This document shows, one piece after another, positions 40,501 through 48,266 of a stretch of 64,000 nucleotides of DNA (its first letter is position 1; every line of letters starts with the position of its first letter). The stretch spans positions 868,001 to 932,000 of the forward strand of contig MU057487.1 of NCBI GenBank assembly GCA_013265495.1, given 5' to 3'. The translations under genes were made by a program, and so were the position numbers. This DNA is from Vicugna vicugna (taxonomy: Eukaryota). The notes beneath the pieces are model-generated. The model was not told the DNA's origin. It ran no database searches and saw only the letters and a list, made by a program, of their open reading frames with translations.

Positions 40501-43500
40501 ATATTGAGCATTTTTTCATGTGCCTTTTGATCATTTGTATGTCTTCCTTGGAGAATTGCTTGTTTAGGTCTTCTGCCCGTTTTTGGATTGGGTTGTTTGT
40601 TTTTTTCTTACTGAGTCGTATGAGCTGCTTATATATTCTGGAGATCAAGCCTTTGTCGGTTTCATTTGCAAAAATTTTCTCCCATTCCGTGGGTTGTCTT
40701 CTTGTTTTACTTATGGTTTCCTTTGCTGTGCAGAAGCCTGTAAGTTTCATTAGGTCCCATTTGTTTATTCTTGCTTTTATTTCTATTGCTTGAGTAGACT
40801 GTCTTAGGAGAACATTTTTGAGATGTATGTCAGATAATGTTTTGCCTATATTTTCTTCTAGGAGGTTTATTGTATCTTGTCTTATGCTTAAGTCTTTGAT
40901 CCATTTTGAGTGTATTTTTGTGTATGGTGTAAGGAAGTTTTCTAACTTCACTGATTTACATGCTGCTGTCCAATTTTCCCAACACCATTTGCTGAAGAGA
41001 CTGTCTTTATTCCATTATATATTCTTGCCTCCTTTGTTGAAGACAAGTTGACCAAAAGTTTGTGGGTTCATTTCTGGGCTCTCTATTCTGTTCCATTGGT
41101 CTATATGTCTGTTTTGGTACCAATACCATGCTGTCTTGATTACTGTAGCTTTATAGTATTATCTGAAGTCTGGGAGAGTTATTCCTCCAGACTCTTTCTT
41201 TTTCTTCCATAATGCTTTGGCAATTCTAGGTCTTTTGTGGTTCCATATAAATTTTATTATGATTTATTCTAGTTCTGTGAAATATGTCCTGGGTAATTTG
41301 ATAGGGATTGTATTAAATCTGTAGATTGCCTTGGACAGTGTGACTGTTATAACAATATTGATTCTTGCAATCCAGAAGCATGGGATATCTTTCCATTTTT
41401 TAAAGTCTTCTTTAATTTCCTTTATCAATGGTTTATAGTTTTCTGTATATAAGTCTTTCCCCTCCTTGGTTAGATTTATTCCTAGGTATGTTGATATGTT
41501 TTTAAATTATTTGAATGCTAAAGTTCATTCCAGAGTTTCCCGAATGATTTATCTCTTTTGATGTTTCTATATCAAGTAAAACAGAAACCAAGCCTCTGTT
41601 GCGAACGGAAGAACTGACTCAGCTGCAAGCAATGCAGAAGGCAGAAGAGGTCCATCAGTTCCGACAGTATAGGACCAGAATCCTCAGCATTCGAGATATT
41701 GACCAAGAAGAAAGGATTAAATTAAGGGATAAAGTTCTGGAGATGTACAAGGAAATGTGGGTGAGTCTCAAAGTACATAGACATGGATCACAGCTGACAA
41801 ATTATTTTGTAATATTAAAACGATATCACAGAATTATGTTGTAACTGGGTAGAAAGAAGTCTTGAAAACATTAGTTCCCAACTTCTCAGAAAACTGGCAA
41901 AATTATTTATACACATCTAATTTACTTGCTTCCTAAAACCTCTTTTGCATACAGTATTGGAGATCTATCCACAAAATGAAGAGAACAGGAGAGAAGACCA
42001 CAGCAAAGTATTTGTGAAGTTGAAGTCAGAGGTAGATCACATTGACAGACTTGCGGTAGCTAAATCCTAGGCTGGCAGTAGAAAAACTCCTAACCTAATT
42101 TGCTCCACAGAATCTCCCACAGGTTCAGAAATTGATGACACCAGCCACATTAAGAAATGAAGGTGAAGTGGGAGGAAGAAAAAAATAATCACTGAGTTTC
42201 ACTGGTATAAAGCTATTTTGGAAGCAGTTAGAAATCGCAGGTTACACCTCAACTTTTTGAAGCCAGATGACTGTCATTCCTCCATCCCAGCAGAGGGGTA
42301 GAGGTGCTTTATTTAGACATGGTCCAAAAACAAAAAAATAGAGATTTCTGTACTGTGAAAGATCAAGCTTAATTAAAAATAGAAGTATCATTGTACTAGA
42401 AATGGGGAATTTAATAAATGTACACAGGTGACTTCCACTATGGAGGATGAAGATTTATTTTTTCCTCCTTCTTCCCTACAACGTACAAACACACATACAT
42501 ACTCCCAAAGACTCTGAGGGCTACAGGACTTTCTAAACATTTTAGCTACGGGAATATTGGGTTCTCCGTGTCATTCTTAGTTTTGGCCAATCTGAGGAAC
42601 ATGTCTATGTGTCATCTCTTCTTGTTTGCCCAGTAGGTACCTCTAATCAAACCTCGCCAAATCCAAATATTATCATTCTTGCCCTCTTTCTTCTTTCAGC
42701 TCAAACACATCCCTCCACCAGTGTTCTCCAGCCTAGTAAACAGTGACGGCACCCTCTCAGTTGCTCAGAGCAGAAACCTCGAAAACATCCTTAACTTATC
42801 ATTCTTTACGTCTAATCCATCACCAAAACTTGTCATCATCACCTTGAAAACATATCCAAATTTCAGCCACCTTCCATTCTCTCTGTCCCAGCCACCCTAG
42901 TCCAGATCGTCCTGGTCTTCCATTCAGAGTCCTGCAGCAGCCCCCTGGCTGAGCTCACTGCTTTCACCTCGTCCTCTACAAAGTCTCTGCTCAGCAGCCA
43001 CAATGATTGTTATCAGTCAGGACAAACTAGTCTATCCTGTGCTTCCAAAAAACCCCAGTGTCTCAGTGGCTTAAGACAGGGGTTGACAAACTTGTTTTCT
43101 GTAAAGGACCAAATAATAAACATTTTTGCCTTTGCAGGCAGTAAGTTGAATCTACTCAACTCTGCTGCTGTTAACACAAAATTAGTCAGTGATGATATCT
43201 AAATGTGTTCCAATAAAACTTTACTTAGAACATCTGGAAGCAATGAGCCAGCTTTGTTTCAGAGTCCTTAGTTTACCAATCCCTGGATTATAACAATGAA
43301 AGAGTGTTTCTCACTCCAGCTACATGTTCACTTGTTCACATGTTCAGTGAGTCCAGGCGAGGGTCCTTCTCATCATGTTTATATTTTATGTTCACATTTC
43401 ATTGGTCAAATCAACTTTCATGGACACGTACAATTTCTGTGAAGGAATAAACCCTGCTGACACCTTGGTTTCAAACATCTAGTATCAATAACAATAAAGT

Positions 43501-46500
43501 TATACCGTTTAAGCCATCCAGTTTGTGGCACGTCGTTACGGCAGCCCTAGCTGACTAACAAGGAGTGCCACGCCAGCACGTACCTTGAGGGGGACTGGAA
43601 ATGTTTTGTGAATTGCAGTAGTGGTTATCATAGTACAGCTTTAAACTGGAGGGTGGGCTCATTTCACTCCTCTAACGGCTTCACATTTCACTATGAAAAA
43701 AGCTGAGATCTTTATTAAACGTCTAGAGCACTGCAAAGGCTAGTGCCCACTCTCCTCTCTCATCCTTTCCTCTGCCATTCCACCTGCTTTGAGCCTTTTG
43801 ATTTTTCCAAACTGATTTCGCCTTTCTTCTAACAGTCAAGTGTGTACCCACTTCTGGGCCTTTGATCTTGCTTCTGCTCCTTCCTGGAACATCCTTCCCC
43901 GAGAGAGCCAAATGGTGTACAGCTTTACTTTATGAGGTCTCTCATCTATCGTCACTCCACGAGAGAGGTCTTCTCCACCTACCTTTCCAAGATTAACACC
44001 ATTGAAAACGTGTACACCCATTCCTGGCCTTTTTATTTTCCTTAAAACACTCATCCTATATGTATATTCACTTATTGGCTTAACATGGAAATGTATGTAG
44101 ATCATAGATATATATTAAATATGCGTACATTTTAAAATCTACCTCCACTAGAATAGAGACCCTACATAAACAAGGACTTTGTTTTGATTCACTCTTGTGT
44201 CCCTGGAGCCTGGAAAGGATGTTTATTTCACAGAATTTGCTTCATCAAGGAATCAGTGAATTAATAAATGAATATTAAAATTATATAGATTCAATTTATC
44301 AGGTAGAAAATAGTTTAAATGAAAACATCATAAGACAAAAGGGAATTTCAGGATTGCCCGTCATGTGTTTTGTGTTTAATACACAAGTAAATGCAGTAGA
44401 CGGAGAGGAGGCAGGGAATAAATATTAACTGGGACAGTTTTGAATTTAGACCCCATTCTTTAAGTGTGAGGTACAGATAAACGCCCTAGTTTTGATTGAA
44501 GCTACCTTAGGAGAAACAAGATCAGTACCATACTTACTATCAGGTGAGAAAACACTAATCTTCAAAAGATCACTGACATACATTAAACTTACTTTACACT
44601 AAACCCTTAAGATGGTGCGATCTCTCTCTTTCTCTGTTTTTAAAATACGTCACTGCTATCATCTTGTACTTGTGCAACTGGTTAAGTAAAACCAGTTTTA
44701 TTGTGGTAGATACAGTACTTTTCTTTCATCAAAAACTTTGGGGAGTCTGATGCTGACATCCAGCTGTTCCACCATCTCAACCAAAGCCATGCAAGTTGCA
44801 AAACCATGACAAAATTTCTAAAGACATCAGTGATGAAAACAGAACAGTCATTTCTAGAAGCTTCTCTTCTAGCATCAGTTCATTAATCCTTTCTATTCCA
44901 TTATATTATTTCTGAGTAATAATAGTAAATCAACAACAATCAAGAAGATGAACCATAATTTTGCCCTTACTATCAGAAGTGCAAACGAAATTAGGAAGCC
45001 ATGGCCTCCTAGTAAACTTACATTAGCACTTAATAATCACTGCCTTACTTGCAGACATTTTTTTAGAGAAGCCATTTCATAACCCATTTCTAGAATGGTG
45101 CCTGAAACTGTCAGTAAGTATTCTCATCTACAGTTTGAAAAATTATTCTTCTTTTCAAAAATATAAACATTATTTACCTGTTTATAATTTTCTGACACTT
45201 CCCATCTCTACAGTTTATTTACTCAGCAAATATTTCTGTGCATGTTTGTACCAGGGACTGTCCTAGGCACGAACAAAAGAGATAAACCCCTACCCTTGTG
45301 GAGCTTGGATTCTGGTGAGCAAATAGATGGTCAAATACAAACATAATCCATAAATATTGTATAAAGTGAGTAGAAAGGGACCAGAATCAAGAAAAACAGA
45401 GTAGAGCAGAATCACAATACAATGATTCAGAAGAGATGGCTAGTGCAGAGGCCCTAGGGAAAGAGCATACTCATTGCATCAGAAGGACAGCAAGGAGGCT
45501 GGTGCCATTGGAGCAGAGTGAGCAAGGGGTAGTTGAGTGTAAGAAGAGATCAGAGAGGAAGTGGGAAGAGGCTGACAGAGAAGGTAACCATGTAGGACTG
45601 TGAAGGCCACTGTCAAGACTTCAGCTTTTATTCTGAGAAAAATGTGGAACTATGCATGGATTCTAAAGAGCAGAGGAGTAATGATTTGACTTATGTGTGA
45701 GAAGGTCTCCTCTGGATATCATGTGGAGAACAGGTAAGCACACAAGGAGACACATAGAAGAAAAGAGTTCTGTGAGAAGACCACTGCAGTGAGCACGGGA
45801 GGGTGGTTCACTCCAAGATGGTGGGTGGAGGTGGTGAGAAATGATCGCATCCTAGATATATTTTGAAAGTAGAGTTACAAGGATTTCCTGACGGATTGTT
45901 GGTGTATTTATTATAAGAGAGGAATCAAGAAATACTCTTAAGTTTTGGCGTAAAACAGTTGAAAGGACTGAGTGCCATCAAATCTGATGGTTTAGGAGGA
46001 AAGATAAGATTTCAATTGGGACATTTTTTAATATATCTATTGTATTTAAACAGAGATTACTATATATCTATTAGTCATGTGGAAACAGTGAATGAAAGTT
46101 AGACATATGCTTATGGAATTTGGGAGCAAGATCTGGGCTGGGGACCCATCAGTGTATAAATGGAAAGTAAAGCCATAGATTGTATCCAACCCAAGGGAAG
46201 AGGCCTGAGATCTGAGATGTGGCCACTTCCTCATGAAGAGATGAAGCAGAAAAGAAGAAATCAGCAAAGGCAACTGACAAGGAGCAGATAATGAAGTAGA
46301 AGAAAAATGAAGAGGGTGTTATGTCCAGGAAACCAACTGAAGTCAGGAAGGAGAAGGTGGTTAAGTAAGAACAGATCTAAGAAATGAGCTTGGATTTAGA
46401 TGCGTGTAGATCATCGGTGTCCTTGAGGAAAACAGTTTTTTCTGAAGTGAAAATGAAAAGCAAATTGACGATAACAAAGATAACCAATTGATTTAGGCGA

Positions 46501-47092
46501 CATTATTCAGAAGGTCTTCAAGTACAGCTCAGACGTATTTTGTCAGGGCTGGAATTTGTGTGAGGAACTAATAATGTACTGAGCACAGTTACAGTGAGAG
46601 ACACTGTGTTTTATACAGATTATATCTGAACTTGTTTAAAGCAGATAGTTGCTCTGCCAAAAATCTCTGCTTATTTCTTGCTTCATCTTGCTCTTTCTTT
46701 ACCGTTCGGTTAAAATCTCATGTGCCCCTAGTGGGCACCTCATGTTTCACGCATTCAGACTTAAACCTAACTTTCATCTTTCTTCGTTAATTTCTCAAAT
46801 GAATCTATTGGCGTGAGCAAAGGATAAAAGGATTGCAGCTCCCTCTAGAGCCATAATAAGGCTTTACCAGTGGAGCTTATTCGCCTGGGGCTTTCTTTTG
46901 GACTAGGACTCCGTAGACGAAGCCCGGCAGGAGATCCTCAGCGTCCGGGAGGAGTACCGGAACAAGCTGCTGGACGCTGAGCGCCTCCGCTTGGAGGCTC
47001 TGGCCGCCGAGGAAGCCGTCAGCCGCGTGGAGCCCGAAAAGAAGGTCCCGGCCCCGGACACACAGAAAAAAAAGAAAGGAATGAAAAAGTAA
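1374..47092 (+). CDS. ADGB: Androglobin, 3' part (last 13 coding exons, region C-terminal to the globin/IQ module); 5' part lies upstream of the window
   Basis: 13 exons with AG/GT boundaries and matching phases join into 2101 nt (1 nt + 700 codons incl. TAA). The peptide LMFKSKC...[10 protein letters not shown]...[11 protein letters not shown] matches the recalled mammalian ADGB C-terminal region in order. Confidence 0.96.
2032..2185 (+). CDS. ADGB: ADGB exon 2 of 13 (154 nt; [16 protein letters not shown]...YLYTKNK)
   Basis: Acceptor cattacag|A GAA ACA; donor AAC AAG|gtaggt. Confidence 0.94.
4962..5149 (+). CDS. ADGB: ADGB exon 3 of 13 (188 nt; [13 protein letters not shown]...NDKKIVFR)
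   Basis: Acceptor ctttcctatag|AAA GGA TAT; donor TTC AG|gtacgt. Confidence 0.94.
5420..6325 (+). mobile_element. Degraded LINE-2 3' region
   Basis: L2-like motifs (ccattggctgtaggataaaatccaaac; tgcctgatacataattggccttcattaaatattgttaaatg). Boundaries approximate. Confidence 0.55.
7350..9300 (-). mobile_element. Degraded LINE-2 fragments, interrupted by an MLT1 LTR
   Basis: Purine-rich antisense-L2 motifs (gggctggagacatagatttggaaatcat; gaggtcagggaggatgagaactgag). Boundaries approximate. Confidence 0.5.
7907..8323 (-). mobile_element. MLT1-family (MaLR) solo LTR
   Basis: TG...CA termini; gggctgccatgacaaag...aacagaaatttattgtctcacagt...ggggacacagtttaacccata; near-perfect 5-bp TSD gtcag/ggcag. Confidence 0.85.
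9799..9983 (+). CDS. ADGB: ADGB exon 4 of 13 (185 nt; [16 protein letters not shown]...ALSSQ)
   Basis: Acceptor ctttatag|G TAT TCA; donor CAG T|gtaagt. Confidence 0.94.
10690..12510 (-). mobile_element. Ancient, highly decayed L1 (L1M) ORF2-region remnants
   Basis: T-rich tract with antisense L1-like motifs (ataggaaggcttatagcatttaccattaagtattatgtttg; tgtaatccatttacatttattttgata). Boundaries approximate. Confidence 0.45.
14084..14100. repeat. (GT)8 microsatellite
   Basis: Direct reading. Confidence 0.9.
15114..15660 (-). mobile_element. Old L1 (L1M) 3' end and adjacent fragment
   Basis: Poly-T followed by ttattgaagaataatttacatatagc...ttttgtctgttctagaacttcat, typical of an antisense L1M 3'UTR. 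Confidence 0.65.
15709..16164 (-). mobile_element. MLT1-family (MaLR) solo LTR
   Basis: TG...CA termini; ttcctagggctgctgttagcaaattactacaaactggggggcttgaaacaac; perfect 5-bp TSD ATATC at 15704-15708 and 16165-16169. Confidence 0.9.
17753..17946 (+). CDS. ADGB: ADGB exon 5 of 13 (194 nt; [23 protein letters not shown]...ENASTSQQ)
   Basis: Acceptor tttcatattcag|CT AGC AAG; donor CAG CAG|gtattt. The frame differs from the ORF-track ORF here but is open and phase-consistent. Confidence 0.9.
18290..19885 (+). mobile_element. Ancient L1 ORF2 (endonuclease/linker) remnants
   Basis: A-rich sequence with L1 motifs (aataagatccaactct; ccataggcctaaatggctttacagg; taactctgattctaaaacttgataa). Confidence 0.55.
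20099..20210 (+). CDS. ADGB: ADGB exon 6 of 13 (112 nt; [37 protein letters not shown])
   Basis: Acceptor tttcacag|GTA TAC AAG; donor AAA G|gtatgt. Not in the ORF track. Confidence 0.93.
20845..21503 (+). mobile_element. Old L1M 3' fragment hosting an LTR insertion
   Basis: ggaggatgcagaataacaggaattctcatacactggtggtgggaatacaaaatggtacagcc...; the L1 resumes at 21454 (aaaatccagtaattgtgctc). Confidence 0.7.
20984..21449 (+). mobile_element. ERV1-class solo LTR (466 bp)
   Basis: TG...CA termini, perfect 4-bp TSD CTAT (20980-20983 / 21450-21453), AATAAA at 21397-21402; cleanly interrupts an L1 fragment. Confidence 0.8.
21504..23735 (+). mobile_element. L1 (L1MA9/artiodactyl-type): 5'UTR joined to distal ORF2 and 3'UTR
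   Basis: 5'UTR-like start gagagttctggtttaagatg...cctgaacttaacctcctccca; ORF2 peptides [16 protein letters not shown]...[12 protein letters not shown] and [20 protein letters not shown]. Confidence 0.8.
22201..22423 (+). mobile_element. Young 5'-truncated L1 3'UTR insertion (223 bp)
   Basis: Perfect 17-bp TSD AAGAAAAACAAAAGTCT (22184-22200 / 22424-22440), AATAAA plus A tail, TT|AAGA endonuclease-like site; near-identical to the L1 end at 24969. Confidence 0.92.
24969..25568 (-). mobile_element. Young camelid-type L1 3' end with internal deletion
   Basis: Poly-T start, 3'UTR shared with the 22201 and 40003 copies, ORF2 C-terminal peptide [20 protein letters not shown]. Confidence 0.9.
25960..26740 (+). 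mobile_element. Old L1M mosaic (5'UTR, ORF1-end, ORF2 and 3'-end fragments)
   Basis: Successive L1-like pieces: aatcaacttttcagaactctggaaattaac; aatttgtcaccaacaaacctgcccta; tgcaatgaaagcagtgctaagagggaaatttatagc; tcaatatcatactggagg. Confidence 0.6.
26910..27082 (+). CDS. ADGB: ADGB exon 7 of 13 (173 nt; [18 protein letters not shown]...APRFEPQ)
   Basis: Acceptor tttttctag|CT CAT GGA; donor CCT CAG|gtgggt. Confidence 0.94.
27702..27783 (-). mobile_element. tRNA-Ala-derived SINE (Vic-1 type, camelid)
   Basis: Reverse complement GGGGAGGGTATGGTTCAGTGG...CTTAGCATGCACGAGGTCCTGGGTTCAATCCTCAGTACCTCCA plus A tail; A and B boxes present. Confidence 0.85.
28312..31502 (+). pseudogene. PNPLA8: Processed pseudogene (retrocopy) of PNPLA8 / calcium-independent phospholipase A2-gamma, inside an ADGB intron
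   Basis: Intronless, frameshifted peptide blocks in PNPLA8 order: [98 protein letters not shown]. An AT-rich 3'UTR and A-rich tail follow. The flanking direct repeat TAAGCTTAATTCAA is at 28298-28311 and 31506-31519. Confidence 0.93.
31600..31824 (+). mobile_element. Short L1 3'UTR insertion
   Basis: ctgtatagcacagggaac...gacacattgtaactgactatacttcaattaaaaaaaaaa; imperfect TSD aaaac(g)ttgat(t/c)cca. Confidence 0.8.
32367..32902 (-). mobile_element. Old L1M 3' end just upstream of ADGB exon 8
   Basis: ttgaggtgaaatttgcatagagtgaaatacaaccatcttaaatgtacaattc...ttctcatttctcttgagtaaaatac. Confidence 0.75.
32974..33150 (+). CDS. ADGB: ADGB exon 8 of 13 (177 nt; [24 protein letters not shown]...EPGRSIK)
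   Basis: Acceptor ttttgtcag|ATG TCC; donor ATC AAG|gtcacc is weak but frame-preserving. Confidence 0.9.
33879..33978 (+). CDS. ADGB: ADGB exon 9 of 13 (100 nt; [15 protein letters not shown]...QTKAGE)
   Basis: Acceptor tctctcag|GCT GCC; donor GAA G|gtcagt. Confidence 0.93.
34760..34925 (-). mobile_element. MIR SINE
   Basis: Antisense core: ctattcccattttacagactcagagaccaaagctcagagag...gttgggatttgaa. Confidence 0.7.
35059..35423 (-). mobile_element. ERV1 solo LTR (MER31-like), nested in an old antisense L1 3' end (~35040-35692)
   Basis: tgtaaaagaaaatgtatt...acacttgttaaaaatggaaaggaagattttattcaagactattgc...gcaggattctttgctaaaactgg; TG...CA termini; TSD tata/taca. Confidence 0.65.
35747..35968 (+). 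CDS. ADGB: ADGB exon 10 of 13 (222 nt; [11 protein letters not shown]...LWKKWQLSK...RKENI)
   Basis: Acceptor ttgtag|TA GAA ACA (tandem TAGTAG, alternative start 35750); donor ATC A|gtaagt. Confidence 0.88.
37183..37881 (-). mobile_element. ERV1 solo LTR (MER41-like, artiodactyl type), 699 bp, inserted in a MIR remnant
   Basis: TG...CA termini; minus strand begins TGAAAACAAGCAGGACCC; AATAAA on the minus strand near 37271; 4-bp TSD gcct/acct. Confidence 0.7.
38350..38712. mobile_element. Two L1 3'-end fragments back to back (minus ~38350-38500, plus ~38500-38712)
   Basis: tagtttcaggtgtacaatacagggattca...ttggctatattc, then tgcacaactgtaaatttactaaaac...tggtatgtcaatgacacttcaat. Confidence 0.6.
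39328..39418 (+). CDS. ADGB: ADGB exon 11 of 13 (91 nt; [31 protein letters not shown])
   Basis: Acceptor ttttgaaacag|GG CCT; donor GTA CG|gtaagt. The 5' boundary is uncertain by 6 nt (see findings). Not in the ORF track. Confidence 0.85.
40003..41489 (-). mobile_element. Young 5'-truncated L1 (distal ORF2 plus 3'UTR), containing an assembly gap
   Basis: 180-aa minus [24 protein letters not shown]...CTAKETI...[10 protein letters not shown] (L1 ORF2 C-terminal part); poly-T tail at about 40003-40033. Confidence 0.93.
40290..40323. other. Assembly gap (34 N)
   Basis: Run of n in the sequence. Confidence 1.
41577..41760 (+). CDS. ADGB: ADGB exon 12 of 13 (184 nt; [15 protein letters not shown]...VLEMYKEMW), predicted coiled-coil region
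   Basis: Acceptor tttctatatcaag|T AAA ACA; donor ATG TGG|gtgagt. Confidence 0.92.
42600..44275 (+). mobile_element. LINE-2 3' region with nested MLT1 pieces (~43008-43630) and MER58
   Basis: L2 motifs (ccctctcagttgctcagagcagaaacctcgaaaacatcctt; cttgcttctgctccttcctggaac; tctacctccactagaatagagac) flank MaLR-like sequence. Confidence 0.65.
43077..43285. mobile_element. MER58-like hAT-Charlie MITE
   Basis: TIRs caggggttgacaaact...agtttaccaatccctg; internal tgtgttccaataaaactttactta. Confidence 0.8.
45205..46445 (-). mobile_element. LINE-2 3' region
   Basis: tttatttactcagcaaatatttctgtgcatgtttgtaccagggactgtcctaggcac...ggacagcaaggaggctggtgccattggagcagagtgagc. Confidence 0.75.
46907..47092 (+). CDS. 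ADGB: ADGB terminal coding exon ([22 protein letters not shown]...[11 protein letters not shown])
   Basis: Acceptor cttttggactag|GAC TCC; 61 codons then TAA at 47090-47092; basic C-terminal tail. Confidence 0.94.
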   Translation, partial: DSVDEARQEILSVREEYRNKLLDAERLRLEALAAEEAVSRVEPEKKVPAPDTQKKKKGMKK

Positions 47093-47274
47093 CCAGGGGA
47101 TGCCCCCAATAGAAGAGGATCTATTTCTAATCACCTGTAACTTTGAGAAAAATAAGGTTGTAGGCCAATTGAAAACAGACGTTTTTCTACCTTAGAAATA
47201 GTTTCTGTGCTTTAATGTTCATGTACTAGTTTTTCCCAGGAAGCTATCATTTGAGTTTACAATTTTCTAATTTC

Positions 47275-47311
47275 AATAAAAATAGCCTCCACATATTTAG
47301 AATGTAATAAA
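47275..47311 (+). terminator. Two candidate ADGB polyadenylation signals (AATAAA at 47275-47280 and 47306-47311)
   Basis: First canonical hexamers downstream of the stop codon, about 180-220 nt after TAA, followed by T-rich sequence. Confidence 0.7.
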
Positions 47312-48266
47312 CTTTAGATGTCTCCATCTGAATGGCTTCATTTTTAGTTAGTAATGAAAATAGGATTGCGAGTGAACCAACAGATTGTCTTTGAAAAATT
47401 CAACGAGAAAAAGAGCTATTGTTCTTCAAAGAAATTTTGTCTCTAACTTTAAAGGCTTTAAAATATTTTTAAAAGTATGCTTTAGACCTGTGCTTTAAAA
47501 AAAAAATAGGAACAATCGAGAAACCCAGCTCAACAGTCAAGAACTACCATGAGTTAAGCACACACTCAAATTGCTGGAAGCCAGAATCCTGACCTGAGTC
47601 AGGGCAACCCAGGCAGACAAGCTGATGACATACATCCTTCGCTATATGTATCAGCACTGTATTTTTTGTAACATAGAACATGTTCTTTTATGCTAGTTAA
47701 AAAGAAAAAAATACCATGAGTGGATTAACTGAGATATGCAGTAGGAAATTGACTTTATCAAAAGCACATTTCCAATTCATAACTTTCTCAGATAAAAACA
47801 CCCATAGACTTTTTGAACCAGTCAAAGCTGTTTCACTTTGACAGAAGATTTTACTTTTTTCGTTTATTTCAATGCAATTTTTTCTCTACTACTCTTTGCC
47901 TGCATGTTCCTTCACAGCTCTGTGACCGACCCCACCCCCAAATAATTCATAGTAACAAAGTAGTATGGATATTTTTCACTCATCTCATATAATTATACAT
48001 TAGGATTTTATATCATGGCTTATTTTACATATTGACATTTTGTTATACATACTTCACTGTATGTTGATTTTTCTCATCAAACAATACAAAGTCTCTTCTA
48101 GTCAAAAGTAATTTATTTTTAATTGCTGTGCAATATTCCATTGCACCAATATTCCATAATCTATCCAACTAATTCTCTATTGATGAATATTTACTTTTGT
48201 TTTTAGATTTTTTTTACCATACAAGCTATCTACTTGAAAGTGTGTTTGTATCAGGATATTCAAGTG

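Noticed and set aside
40409..40951. Longest ORF in the window (180 aa, minus strand)
   Set aside because: It is the C-terminal part of L1 ORF2 from a truncated element.
46877..47134. Antisense ORFs over the terminal ADGB exon
   Set aside because: They are stop-poor shadows of a GC-rich coding exon, with no independent support.
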